Assembly: GCA_963823665.1 (NCBI GenBank)
Contig: CAWGMQ010000008.1
Coordinates: 2,112,001-2,176,000 of the forward strand
DNA from: an uncultured Planctomycetota bacterium
GTDB lineage: Bacteria; Planctomycetota; Planctomycetia; Isosphaerales; Isosphaeraceae
DNA: 64,000 nucleotides
Direction of reading: 5' to 3'
The first letter of the stretch is position 1, and the number at the start of each line of letters is the position of its first letter. A program made the position numbers and the translations under genes. Shown here one piece after another: positions 1 to 10,708 of this stretch. Under the pieces are notes generated by a model. That model searched no databases. It saw only the letters and a list, made by a program, of their open reading frames with translations, and was not told the DNA's origin.

Positions 1-783
1 CCGCGGTTCGCCGCGGATCATCCGTGTCATTTGCATCTCCAGATTCACGCCGTCAAACTTTCCTTCGACTTCGGCGATAAATCCACCGCCGCTCTGCGAG
101 ACCTCACCGATGAACCCGTTTCCCCTGCGCTTGGTGACCTTGAAGTTGAAATCCACATTGACGGCTTTGTCTTGCTCGAGATGCCACCGGCGCATCCAGA
201 TGCCGTTGGGCACGAGTCTCGGCGGCGGTTTGAAGTCGCTCCGGAATCCGCGCCAGGTCTTTCCCGGTTGCAGCATATCGATTCGATTCACCTCAACCGT
301 CAATCGGGCAACATCTTTCTCTATTGCCTCGCGCTGGCTATCGCCTGCGGCCATGATATGGAGCACCTGGTCGTAACGCTCCAGCAAAGAGTAATACCCG
401 GTTCGCACCGCGACGATGTACTGGATGTAAATACCCTGCATGAACGGCGAGGGGGTGAGGGTTTGGTTCTTGTCAAAACGGTCCCTCGCGTCCCGAAGTT
501 CCTGGAGAATTGCGGCTCTTTCGGCCAAATCGATGTCATCGATTCGCTGCACATCCTTGATGAGTGCGTTGAATGACGCGGAAACCCGTTGAGCTGCGGA
601 CTTCTTCTTGAACTCGAAGGCATCCTTGTCTCTGGACAGCCTGTCCAGCAATTGAGGCAAGTCGACACTGCGCTTGCCTCGGGAGCGAGATTGCCTTTGG
701 GCGTGCACTGGCTCCGTGCAGAACGTGATGATGACCGTGGACGCGAGAACCACCAGCCAAGAAAATCGTGCGTGGTACCTCAT
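1..783 (-). CDS. Secreted hypothetical protein, runs off the left edge (not in the ORF track)
   Basis: Manual translation from ATG at 783 is open to base 1: MRYHARFSWLVVLASTVIITFCTEPVHAQ... (signal-peptide-like, V-H-A cleavage), a helical middle, then a beta-rich part (VDFNFKVTKRRGNGFIGEV). GGAG upstream. Confidence 0.75.
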   Translation of the reverse strand, partial: MRYHARFSWLVVLASTVIITFCTEPVHAQRQSRSRGKRSVDLPQLLDRLSRDKDAFEFKKKSAAQRVSASFNALIKDVQRIDDIDLAERAAILQELRDARDRFDKNQTLTPSPFMQGIYIQYIVAVRTGYYSLLERYDQVLHIMAAGDSQREAIEKDVARLTVEVNRIDMLQPGKTWRGFRSDFKPPPRLVPNGIWMRRWHLEQDKAVNVDFNFKVTKRRGNGFIGEVSQSGGGFIAEVEGKFDGVNLEMQMTRMIRGEPR

Positions 784-1151
784 AAACTTGGACTCCGTTT
801 AGCCTCGGCGCTGAGTTGCCTGTGATCCGCTCGATCACTCACTAACAAAGAAAGGCCGCAACATCGCCAGACCTGCCGCGAAAAAACAAAATAATCGAGA
901 CCTCCTCGGTTCTCCACTCCTAACCGCTTACAAATTTGCAAGTTCGATCAATCCGAACAAACGAGACAGTTGCACCGAATCTGGCTTTTCAGGCCGATCA
1001 ATGAGAAAATCGATGGCGCCAAGCAACCCAGGCGCGGACGACACGGGAATGACGACCAGCACCGTAAGTTAGCGCATGCACTCTGCGGAATACCGTTCGC
1101 GCGACCCAGTTTCTTGAAGTTTAAAACGTCTGGCTTGCCGAGGACCCGCTG

Positions 1152-1976
1152 ATGAAAAGCCCATTTCCCGGCGTGGACCCCTACCTCGAACGTCATTGGG
1201 GTGATGATCATCAAGCCTTCGTCACCTATATTCGCGACGCCCTCCAACCGCGCCTGCCCGACGACCTCCGGGCGAGAATGCAAGAACGCGTCTACGTCGA
1301 GATTCCTGAGGTGCGGCGCGGGGAATACTATCCCCAGTTTCGCGCCGTTGAACGTCCATCGCTCTCGCCGCTACCCGGCTCGGCAACTGCGGTGGCCGAG
1401 CCCCCAAGCGCGTCAGAGATCGACGGCGAACGTGCCGCATCCGAACCGATCCTGATCCATGTCGACATCGAGCCGACCACGGAAAGCTACATCGAGATCA
1501 TCGACGTCAAATCCGGCCACCGCGTCGTCACCGCGGTCGAAGTCTTGAGCCCGACGAACAAGCGGCCGGCGGAGGGCCAGCGCCTCTACCTCAAGAAACG
1601 CCACGATTTCAAACTCGCGGGCGTGAACACCGTCGAGATCGATCTCCTCCGCGGCGGAGACCGCACGCTCATGGTACCTCAAGCACTCGTGCCGGCTGCC
1701 CATCGCACTGCCTATCAGGTGTGCATCTGGCGGGCCGCCGAGCACGACACATTCGCCGTTTACCCGATCACGCTCCGCGAGCGGTTGCCCGTGATCAAGA
1801 TCCCGCTACGGCCAACCGACCAGGACGTGCTCCTGAACCTTCAGGCGATTCTCGACCAGTGCTACCGCAATGGCGGCTACGACGATATCGACTATCGCGA
1901 CGAACCCGACCCACCCCTGCCGCCGGGCGATGCAGCCTGGGCCGATAAGTTACTTCGAGAGCACGGCCGGAGGTGA
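1152..1976 (+). CDS. DUF4058 family protein (planctomycete-expanded, Uma2/PD-(D/E)xK-like)
   Basis: N-terminus MKSPFPGVDPYLE, central IEIID...VTAVEVLSPTNK, VEIDLLRGG, C-terminal IDY..P.PPL...DAAWA. Confidence 0.9.
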   Translation: MKSPFPGVDPYLERHWGDDHQAFVTYIRDALQPRLPDDLRARMQERVYVEIPEVRRGEYYPQFRAVERPSLSPLPGSATAVAEPPSASEIDGERAASEPILIHVDIEPTTESYIEIIDVKSGHRVVTAVEVLSPTNKRPAEGQRLYLKKRHDFKLAGVNTVEIDLLRGGDRTLMVPQALVPAAHRTAYQVCIWRAAEHDTFAVYPITLRERLPVIKIPLRPTDQDVLLNLQAILDQCYRNGGYDDIDYRDEPDPPLPPGDAAWADKLLREHGRR

Positions 1977-1989
1977 ACCGAGAATCTCG

Positions 1990-2571
1990 TCACGCCAGCA
2001 GTTCGCCCGCTTCCTCCCTCAACCGCTTCAAAATCCGCGACTTCGCCTGAATCACAGCGTTCACGCTCAGCTTCATGTCCTCGGCCACTCGCGCCGCAGG
2101 AAGCCCGTCCACGGCAAACCGGCGAAACGCTTCCCACGTCGTCGCGGCGAAATCCGGCTGCACAATGGAAAGCAGCTTCTGAAACACGTGTCGATCGTGG
2201 TCGGCATCCCATTCCCGCGCCAGCTCACCGTTCGGGTCCGCCAGGCCGTCCAGAAACCCCTCGGCCGGGTCGATTCCGGCAACGGCTCGCTTCCGCCCCC
2301 TCCGCTGGTGCGTGCGCACCCTGTTCACCGTCACCTGCCGCAGCCACGCCCGGAACGATCCCTCCCGCCCGCGCTCGAACCGTGGCAGCTCGCGAATCAC
2401 GACGACAAACACCTCCTGTGCCAGATCGTCAGCCTCGGCGCCAAGACCCGGCACCCGGCCCAGCCACCGTCTGATCAGCGGCAGATAGATCGCTTGCAGC
2501 CGATTCCAGTCGGATGCATCCGGCCGGGCGGCCTTGAGCCGATCCAGCAAACTGACCGATGTCGAATTCAT
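1990..2571 (-). CDS. ECF-type sigma-70 factor
   Basis: TSVSLLDRL N-terminus; region 2 ADDLAQEVF...GSFRAWLRQVTVNR; region 4 AARVAEDMKLSVNAVIQAKSRILKRLR. Confidence 0.92.
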   Translation of the reverse strand: MNSTSVSLLDRLKAARPDASDWNRLQAIYLPLIRRWLGRVPGLGAEADDLAQEVFVVVIRELPRFERGREGSFRAWLRQVTVNRVRTHQRRGRKRAVAGIDPAEGFLDGLADPNGELAREWDADHDRHVFQKLLSIVQPDFAATTWEAFRRFAVDGLPAARVAEDMKLSVNAVIQAKSRILKRLREEAGELLA

Positions 2572-2583
2572 GACCTCGGCCCA

Positions 2584-3468
2584 TCAGGAGCCAACGAACA
2601 GGCCGCTCCAGTCACTGACTTCCGGGTCGATAATCCGCTCGCCGAGGGCTTCGAGTCGCTCGATGTCGCGAATTGCCTCGATCCTAGCCAGGATCGCGGG
2701 GTCAGGCTTCCCAAATCGCTTGTTGCCCAGACGAACCAGCAGCAGCCGTTCACCCGCAATCCGCCCCTCCTCTCTTCCCTCCTCTCTCCCCTTCTCTCGC
2801 CCCTCTCTCAAGATCGCCTGATAGGTCGTCGATTCCTGCATGTTCTGCACCCCTTCGAGCAACTTTGAAACCAGGTCTTCCGAAAATCTTAACCCCATGA
2901 GTAAGTAAGTCGCTGTCCAGAGTTTCGCCGCTCGAGCCTCCGGTTCGGCGTTGATCCGCGACGCCATACGCTGCACAACGTCAGGAAGCGCCTCTTCCCG
3001 AACATCGGTCAGCGGAGCCAGCGGCACGACGTTAACACCCCCCGTTAGGAACGGTTCAGGGTCCTCTGTCCACAACCGAACCGTACGATAATTATAACGA
3101 TTCACAACCCACCCGTCCGGCAACTTGATCTCAAAAGATCCTGTAATGCTTGGCGAGCTCGCCTCCCGGCGCAGCAGCACCACAATCGTCAGTACCGCGA
3201 GCCGATGCCGGCGAAAGAGCCCCGCCTGGCGAAACCACACGTTCTCAACGAGGTCTGCGTCATGGCTCGACTGCAACTCCAGGTCGACCAGATAAGGCTC
3301 CGGGCCACCGATCTGAATCACCTTGTCGGCCGATGCGGTCAGCGTCGTGATGTCCGAATCGATGACGGTGACCGGCCCGGAAAGACCGATTCCCAGCCGT
3401 TCCAGCACCGCCGCCGGATCATCCCAGATCAACTCCTTGGTCGAAACGTCAAAGCGGTTGAATGGCAC
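2584..3468 (-). CDS. Rpn-family (PD-(D/E)xK-type) nuclease/putative transposase-like protein with DUF4351-like C-terminus
   Basis: FDxxxK N-terminus, ADKV...LELQS nuclease-like motif, MQESTTYQAILREG followed by REEG repeats and RFG...IEAIRDIERLEAL tail. AAGGAG before the GTG start. Confidence 0.8.
   Translation of the reverse strand: MPFNRFDVSTKELIWDDPAAVLERLGIGLSGPVTVIDSDITTLTASADKVIQIGGPEPYLVDLELQSSHDADLVENVWFRQAGLFRRHRLAVLTIVVLLRREASSPSITGSFEIKLPDGWVVNRYNYRTVRLWTEDPEPFLTGGVNVVPLAPLTDVREEALPDVVQRMASRINAEPEARAAKLWTATYLLMGLRFSEDLVSKLLEGVQNMQESTTYQAILREGREKGREEGREEGRIAGERLLLVRLGNKRFGKPDPAILARIEAIRDIERLEALGERIIDPEVSDWSGLFVGS
2761..2808 (-). repeat. Degenerate 12-nt tandem repeat encoding REG-REKG-REEG-REEG
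   Basis: Purine-rich minus-strand run AGAGAGGGG CGAGAGAAGGGG AGAGAGGAGGGA AGAGAGGAGGGG. Confidence 0.8.
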
Positions 3469-3537
3469 GGCGTGCTCCTTGAATTCGTTCCCCCCGGGCT
3501 TTCACAAGGATCGTTCCGCAACGTCGCGTCAATCTTT

Positions 3538-5963
3538 TCAGAGCGTCGCCTTCCGCAGCCGCAGCGCATTCACAATCACCGAAACCGAGCTCAGCGTCAT
3601 CGCCAGGCTCGCGATCATCGGGCTCAGCAAAATCCCGAAAAACGGATAAAGAACCCCCGCCGCGATCGGCACTCCCAGCGCGTTATACAGGAACGCAAAC
3701 GCGAGATTCTGCCGGATGTTCGCCATGGTCGCGCGGCTCAATCGCCGGGCGCGGACGATCCCCTTCAAATCCCCTTTGACGAGCGTCACCCCGGCGCTCT
3801 CCATCGCCACGTCCGTGCCCGTGCCCATCGCAATGCCGACATCCGCCTGTGCCAGCGCCGGCGCATCGTTGATGCCGTCGCCGGCCATGGCAACGACCCT
3901 CCCCTCCGCCTGAAGTCGCTTGACTTCCAGTGATTTTTGATCGGGAAGCACTTCCGCACGCACCTCGTCGAGCCCAAGCTGCCGCCCCACAGCATCCGCC
4001 GTCGTACGATTGTCGCCCGTGAGCATGATGACCCGAAGACCCTCTTTCCTCAGGTCGTCGATGGCCGCCGCTGCCGAGTCCTTGATCGGATCGGCGATCC
4101 CAAGCAGACCGGCCGGCCGGCTATCGATCGCAATGTAAACAACCGTCTCACCATTGCGGTGCAAGGCTTCTGCTCGTTCTGCGAGCGATTGCACGGCAAT
4201 TCCAAGACCATCGAGCAACGATCGATTCCCGACGAGCACCGCCCGCCCATCGACTTTCCCTTCAACCCCTTTGCCGGTGTGCGAGCGAAACGATTTGGCC
4301 GATTTGACCTCGAGCCCTCGCTCCGCGCGCCGCCGCGGCAACCGCCGAAGCCAGCGGATGCTCGCTTGCAACCTCCACGCCCGCCGCCAGCCTCAAGAAC
4401 TCCCCTTCGTCTTGTCCCGGCATCGCCACCACGGAGACCACGCGAGGCTTGCCCTCGGTAAGCGTACCGGTCTTGTCGATCACAAGCGTATCGACCCGTT
4501 CAAAAACCTCGAGAGCCTCGGCGTTCTTGATCAACACGCCCGCGCTACGCGCCGCGGCCGGTGCCGACCATGATCGACATGGGCGTGGCCAGCCCCAGCG
4601 CACACGGGCACGCGATGATCAGCACCGCAACGGCGCTCACAAGCGCGTCCGCCAGCCTTGGCTGGGGCCCGAACACAGCCCACGCAAAGAAAGTGATGAT
4701 CGCGACGATCACGACGGCCGGCACAAAGTACGACGAGACAACGTCAGCCAACCGCTGAACGGGTGCTCGCGTACGCCGCGCCTCGCTGACCATGCGAACT
4801 ATCTGCGCCAGCACCGTTTCGCTCCCCACTCGCTCGGCCCGCATGACCAGCGTTCCTGTACCGTTCACCGTGCCGCCGATTAGTTTCGCGCCCGGTCCTT
4901 TCTCGACCGGGATCGGCTCGCCGGTGATCATCGACTCGTCGACGGCACTCGAGCCCTCGATCACGACTCCGTCGACAGGCATCTTCTCGCCAGGACGGAT
5001 CCGCAGCCGATCCTCGGGAACAACCTGATCGAGCGCAACATCCACTTCCCGACCATCCTCGAGAATCCGGCGAGCCGTCTTGGGAGCCAGCCCGAGCAAG
5101 GCGCGAATCGCGCTCCCCGTCTGATGCCGGGCTCGCAGCTCGAGCACCTGACCCAGCAACACGAGTGTCACGATCACCGCAGCCGGCTCGAAATAAACCT
5201 CCACTTCGCCGTGATGCCGGAACGAATCGGGGAAAACGCCCGGCGCAACCGCGGCGAGAGCGCTATAAACGAACGCCGTCCCGGTTCCCAACGCGATAAG
5301 CGTGAACATATTCCAGTTTCGGTTGACGACCGATCTCCAGCCGCGCTCGAAGAATGGTAGTCCTCCCCAGAGGACAACAGGCGCCGCCAGCAGAAACTGA
5401 ATCCAGACCACGCTCCGGGTCCGCATCAAGGCCGAGGGAACCAACCCCGGCACCATCTCCGCCATCGACAGCAACACGAGCGGAGCCGTCAGGATCAAGC
5501 TGATCCAGAACCGCCGGTTCATGTCGACCAGCTCGTGGTCTTCTTCGTCATCCGCTGAAACCGTCATCGCTTCCAGCGCCATCCCGCAAATCGGGCACGA
5601 GCCGGGGCCATCTCTGACGATTTCAGGATGCATCGGGCATGTATACTTCGCCCCCCCAAGGTCAGCCTTGCTCGGTTGTGCCCGAAGCGGCGGGGCTTCC
5701 CTTGGCGCCTCGATCACCGTGAGTGTCGGAAGCGCGCCGGGCGATGCAGCATCCCGAGTTGTCGTGAATCGATCCGGGTCGGCTCTGAACTTCTGAGCAC
5801 AGTGCTTGCTGCAGAAGTGGTAAATGCGCCCTTCGTGTTCGACCGAGTCCGCGGCTGTGCCAGGGTCGACGTCCATGTGGCAGACAGGATCCTTGACCGC
5901 TTGCCCGCTCTCGGTTCCATCGTGATGCCGATGCGCAGCGTGAGAATGTTCGCTTGGGTCCAT
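3538..5963 (-). CDS. copA: P1B-type heavy-metal (Cu+/Ag+) ATPase with YHS and heavy-metal-binding domains; two frameshifts (~4547, ~4325)
   Basis: His-rich N-terminus, [15 protein letters not shown] (YHS), [56 protein letters not shown]. These are spread over ORFs 4545..6050, 4262..4603 and 3538..4371. Confidence 0.93.
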
Positions 5964-6018
5964 CGAAGGAAAGTACCCGGAGACTAAACGAGAAGTGGGT
6001 TCGATCGGAAGCCCGTTT

Positions 6019-7055
6019 TCAAGATCCGCCATCCGTGACGCCGTGAGCACCGGCTCGGCTGCGCGGTTTCATCCATCGACGCAGCTTCTTGCGATCGAGC
6101 CTGGACCAGATCTTGAAGAAACGGGACCGCGCGGCGACCGCGCGCTTTCGCTGGTCTTCGATCAAGAGGCCGATGCGCTCGACCAGCGCGGGATCGCTGG
6201 CGCCGCCCTTGGCAAGCGCCGACTCAAGCTCTCCCAGCGTGATCAGGGCATCCTGATGTTCGCCGAGAGTGTCCTGGAGGCGTGTGGTCATTCGGATGAA
6301 TTCGCCCGCTCCCCGCGCGGCCCGCCGGCCGAGTAAGGGTGCGATCAATTCGGCTGTGTATCGAGTGCTCTTGGCTCGTTTGCGAGCTTCGTGGAAATCT
6401 TCGTCAACGTCATCCGGGCCCAGGTCTCGCGCTACTTTCTTGAGTCGCCGCCATGCGGCCTTCGCCGCCGGCGGCAAGGCAACAGAACACGCCTCGCCCG
6501 CGGCATCCTCAAGCGGAGGAAGCGCGCGGCACGCTCAAGCGCCCCGAGCAAGGCACCGTAACGCTCACTCTCAAGCACGTCGGACATCGTTCTCGCCGCC
6601 CGAGCGCGCCGCCGTTCCAGCGCCTTCAGGACTGGTGAAAACGCAACTCGCTCACCTTCCGGCCGTTCAGCTTCCACGGCGCCCGCACGCACTCGAGCAA
6701 GCAAGATATCAAGGTCGCGTACAGCCCCGAGCACCCCGGCCAGCCACTTGAGTTCAATCTCAAGGTCGTCTCGCCATTGCTCGTCCACCAGATTCTTCAA
6801 CGCGCGAAGCTCGCTCCGCAACCGCCGTGAGGCCGATCGGAGGCGGTGTACCCCTTCCGGTTCGCCCCGCCTGGCCTCCGGCTCATGCGTTGCAATTCTC
6901 GAAAGTGCGGTGCGCAGTGCATGCCTGACCACTTCGCCCGCGGGGTCGCGCGGCCTCACGCGCGGCTCCGGTGTTTCCACCGGATGCGGTGAACCCCCTG
7001 GCGCCGTTCCACGCGGCCGGCCGCCACCCAGATCAGTCATCACTTGCTGCGACAT
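6019..7055 (-). CDS. CHAD domain protein (polyphosphate-binding); one frameshift near 6520
   Basis: [49 protein letters not shown] across ORFs 6432..7184 and 6019..6477. Confidence 0.88.
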
Positions 7056-7443
7056 CTTTCGCACTGCGGAGTTTCCCTGCCCCGGCACCCGTCCACGTTT
7101 CCGCAATTGCATCCCGGTCGGGCGTCCTGATCTTCTCCATTCTCCTCGCGCGTCCACCTTACAGGAGCCAGCGCTCCCGCTCAAGCCGCCTATCGCCGAA
7201 CTGACGGCTCAATCGAGCCGGTTCAGAACCTGCCTGGACAAATATGACTGAAAGTCGCAGGCAGCCGTGAAATTGGGTACCTTCAAATGGCGTACGGCCG
7301 TCACTCACCGCTGTTCCGCGCTCGGCTGGCTGTAGACGTCCAGGTGCTTTCGACTTCTCAGAGCCAGCGCAACGGGCATGATGATTTCGAACGCGAAGAA
7401 GCGGCGGATAGTCTCGACAGCGCAGCCCGAAAGGACGATTCGT

Positions 7444-9213
7444 ATGCAAGTTGATTCGACAACAACTATGGAGAAACCCCAGAACGGTTTGATGGGTCTG
7501 AAGCATTGGCCATACGATCTCCGTTCGGGGTTCATGGTGTCGATGATCTCACTGCCTTTTTCGATGGGGATCGCCATAACCTCCGGCGCGCCGGCGATCT
7601 GCGGGATCGTCTCTGCGATCATTGCCGGCTTCGTCCTCCCGTTCCTGGGTGGGTCGTACGTGACGATCAGCGGGCCCGCCGCCGGCCTGGCGCCGCCGTT
7701 GTTCGCCGGAATGATCTGGCTGGGGGGCGTTGACGTGGGCAAGGGCGCTCGCCAAGACGAGATTCTCAAGGCGGGTTACCCTCTCGTCCTGGTGGCCATT
7801 TGCTTCGCCGGTTTGGTGCAACTGGTCCTCGCCAGGCTGAAGGTGGCCCGCTTGAGCGCCATCTTCCCGGCGGCCGCCATCGAGGGCATGCTGGCGGCCA
7901 TCGGTCTGCTCATCATCGCCAAGCAGATACCCCTGTTCATGGGCGTGAATTTCGAAGCCCATGAGTTCTGGCCCATGCTCCAGGAAGCACCCCACCACTT
8001 CGCGACGATGAACCTCCAGGTCCTGGGACTCGGGATCGCCTGCACGGCTCTTCTCTTTATTCTGGCCGCCATCCCCTGGCGACTCTTCAAACTCATGCCG
8101 CCTCCAGTGTGGATCTTCATCCTGGGCACTCTGGTCAGCCTGTTCTTCCTGCGCCTGGACCCACAGAACCTGATCAACGTCCCCGCGAATTTGCTCCAGA
8201 ACGGCATCGTTCTGCCCCATTTCGGCAAGGCGCTGGGCAATTACCACTTCTGGTTGCCGCTCGGGTACCTCGTTGTCCTCCTCGTACTGATCGACGGCAC
8301 CGAGTCCCTGGCCACGATCGCCGCTGTGGATAAGCTCGATCCCTATCGCCGCCGGTCCGACCCCGACCGCACGTTACTCGCGATGGGCGCTTCCAACATC
8401 TGCTCGAGCACAGTCGGTGGTTTGACCATCATTCCCGGAATCGTCAAGAGCACTGCCAACATCATGGGAGGCGGCCGCACCCAGTGGGCCAACTTCTTCA
8501 ACGCGTGTTTCCTTTTGGCTCTCCTCATCTTCGGCCGCGAACTCATCAACATGGTCCCGAAAACGGTGCTGGCGGCGATCCTGGTCTTCATCGGCTTCAA
8601 GCTCTGCCGACCGAAAGTCTGGGCAAAAGTCGCGCACATCGGGATGGAGCAGTTGCTCGTCTTCGCCGTCACCGTTCTGGTCACCGTTTCGACCGACCTG
8701 CTCATCGGCATCTTCGCCGGCATCGCCATGGAACTGGTGATCCGCATGTGGTACCTGGGCCTGTGGAGCAGCCTGCGGGATGATGATTCAACGGCGCCCG
8801 TCGACGCGCGTCTGCGCACCCGCTTCGTGAGCCTCTTTCGCAATCCAGTGACCCGGCGGGAACTCGACGGCGACAAATGCCACCTGTTCGTGAACGGCCC
8901 TCTCGTCTGTTTCAACATCTTCCACATGATTCGCGAGCTGAGAAACCGGCCGCCCACCTCGCGGGAGATCTGCCTGCACCTGAGCCCGGCCGTGCCCCTC
9001 ATCGATCACACGACATTCGAGTATCTCCGGTACTTGGAGGATGATCTCAATTCTCGCAGCGATCGGCCCAAACTGCAGATCGACGGATGGGACCATCTGC
9101 GACCGCTGACCAAGCACGAGACCAGCACTCGGGTCGCCCTGATATCCACTGCAACCCTCTACGAGACCGCTCGAACGGAGGAGGAGCTCCGCGAAATTCA
9201 GGGCACGGACTGA
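7444..9213 (+). CDS. SulP/SLC26 family anion permease
   Basis: DLRSGFMVSMISLPFSMGIAITSGAP, GSYVTISGPAAGL, IVKSTANIMGGGRT, many TM helices, STAS-like tail. AAGGA before ATG 7444. Confidence 0.92.
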   Translation: MQVDSTTTMEKPQNGLMGLKHWPYDLRSGFMVSMISLPFSMGIAITSGAPAICGIVSAIIAGFVLPFLGGSYVTISGPAAGLAPPLFAGMIWLGGVDVGKGARQDEILKAGYPLVLVAICFAGLVQLVLARLKVARLSAIFPAAAIEGMLAAIGLLIIAKQIPLFMGVNFEAHEFWPMLQEAPHHFATMNLQVLGLGIACTALLFILAAIPWRLFKLMPPPVWIFILGTLVSLFFLRLDPQNLINVPANLLQNGIVLPHFGKALGNYHFWLPLGYLVVLLVLIDGTESLATIAAVDKLDPYRRRSDPDRTLLAMGASNICSSTVGGLTIIPGIVKSTANIMGGGRTQWANFFNACFLLALLIFGRELINMVPKTVLAAILVFIGFKLCRPKVWAKVAHIGMEQLLVFAVTVLVTVSTDLLIGIFAGIAMELVIRMWYLGLWSSLRDDDSTAPVDARLRTRFVSLFRNPVTRRELDGDKCHLFVNGPLVCFNIFHMIRELRNRPPTSREICLHLSPAVPLIDHTTFEYLRYLEDDLNSRSDRPKLQIDGWDHLRPLTKHETSTRVALISTATLYETARTEEELREIQGTD

Positions 9214-9308
9214 CGGCTCTACGCTCATCCTGATAATCTAATTGGTTGCTCTTCAACCGGTTCGCGCAAATCCTGAAACCGCTGCACCGCAGTCGGGGTA
9301 ATACCACG

Positions 9309-9905
9309 ATGACCGGCCTGATGGCGGCAGCCGGCAGGGCGGCCAAAGATAGCAGCGAGATACCGATGGATGACGTGGCGCTGGTCGAAGCGCTCCGGTC
9401 GGGTGACCAGCAGGCGCCGCGCCTGTTGATCGAGCGATACCAGGGGGTTATATACGGCCTGTGCTACCGCATGTTAAATCACCAGCAGGATGCGGAAGAC
9501 GTGGTGCAGGAGACGTTTATTCGCGCGCTTCGGGCAATGGCGGGGTTCGATTCCGCCCGGCCAATCGTTCCTTGGCTGCTCGAAATCGCCGCCAACCGTT
9601 GCCGTACGGCCCTCGCACGGCGCGCCCGCAAGCCGATGCTCGCGCTGGCCGAGCACGCCGACAGCCTTGCCGATCCACGCGGCGGGCAGACAGACCCAGA
9701 TGATCTCGCGGGCGAGCTTGCGCGGGCGCTGGACGGCCTGCGGCCTGAATACCGGTTGGTGTTCATTCTGTACCACTCGCAGCACCTATCCTATGACGAG
9801 ATCGCACTGGTCGTTACCCGGCCAATCGGCACCGTGAAAACCTGGCTGCATCGCGCACGGGCCCAGTTAGCCGAAGAGCTTGTGAGACGCGGGATAACAA
9901 TATGA
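9309..9905 (+). CDS. ECF sigma-70 factor (start may be 9366)
   Basis: DAEDVVQETFIRA, WLLEIAANRC, LSYDEIA..IGTVKTWLHRAR. Confidence 0.92.
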   Translation: MTGLMAAAGRAAKDSSEIPMDDVALVEALRSGDQQAPRLLIERYQGVIYGLCYRMLNHQQDAEDVVQETFIRALRAMAGFDSARPIVPWLLEIAANRCRTALARRARKPMLALAEHADSLADPRGGQTDPDDLAGELARALDGLRPEYRLVFILYHSQHLSYDEIALVVTRPIGTVKTWLHRARAQLAEELVRRGITI

Positions 9906-10708
9906 ACTGTCGGGATTTTGAGCGGCTCTGGAACGAATTGATCGACGCAAGTTCACGGTCGCCGGGCGACGATCACTCCTGCGTGGATACCGAGCGCAGA
10001 CCGCGCTCTTCCAGCATGCGGCCACTTGCCCCGCCTGTCGCCGTTCGGCCGCCGGCTATCAGGCCCTGCAGCGGGCCATTCTTGCGTGGGGAAAAGCCCC
10101 CGAGCCGTCGCATGGGCTCACCGATCGAATCCTCGCGGCAGTCGACGCACCGCCCCGAGCCTCCCGTCTGACCGCGCGCATTGTCGCGCCAGGCCATTCT
10201 CAATCGATGGCCGATCGCGGCCGCGGCGTCGATCGTGGCACTTCTGGCTTTAGGAATCATCATTTCGAGAGTCAATGTCAACCTCGCGCGAGACCGCGGT
10301 CGCCTGGTTGAGAGCGAACCTCTCCCCGCCTCGAACGCCGGAGGTAACCCATCCGAGAGTCCCAGATTGAACGAGGCCCTCGCGAGCGCAAGCGAGGCCA
10401 CGTGGGACCTCGCACGCTCGGCGTCCGAGCCAGCCGCCAGGCTGAGCCGGCAATTCCTCGACGTCGCCGGCGAGCTCGACAGCCCACGCGAGTCAAGCAA
10501 CTCGGCCGCGGTATCCGTCCCCTCGCTCGACTCGTTCGCACCCGACTCGGCTTCCGCGGTGGAAACAATTCAACAGGTCGGTGATCGCCTGGCCAGCGGT
10601 GTTCGACCGCTCTCGTCGTCGGCCCGCCAGGCCTTCGGCTTCCTGCTCGGCCCGCCCCCTCCGAAACCCGACATTCGTGCCAATCCACCCGCCGCGAGGG
10701 GAGCCTGA
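9902..10708 (+). CDS. Putative zf-HC2 anti-sigma factor with TM helix; two frameshifts (~10000, ~10175)
   Basis: ATGA overlap with the sigma gene; MNCRDFERL start; HAATCPAC (HxxxCxxC) in another frame at 10015; then TM WPIAAAASIVALLALGIII in the 10181..10708 frame. Confidence 0.75.

Noticed and set aside
31..576. 181-aa plus-strand ORF
   Set aside because: Antisense shadow of the minus-strand secreted protein (1..783), which has an RBS and signal peptide.
1870..2868. 332-aa plus-strand ORF
   Set aside because: Arg/Pro-rich shadow of the ECF and Rpn-like genes; no recognisable motifs.
2584..3468. Calling the Rpn-like gene an IS element
   Set aside because: No terminal inverted repeats or target duplication seen; the family's 'transposase' label is not well supported.
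5990..6020. GGGTTCGATC resembling a tRNA T-loop
   Set aside because: No cloverleaf or acceptor stem could be built around it.
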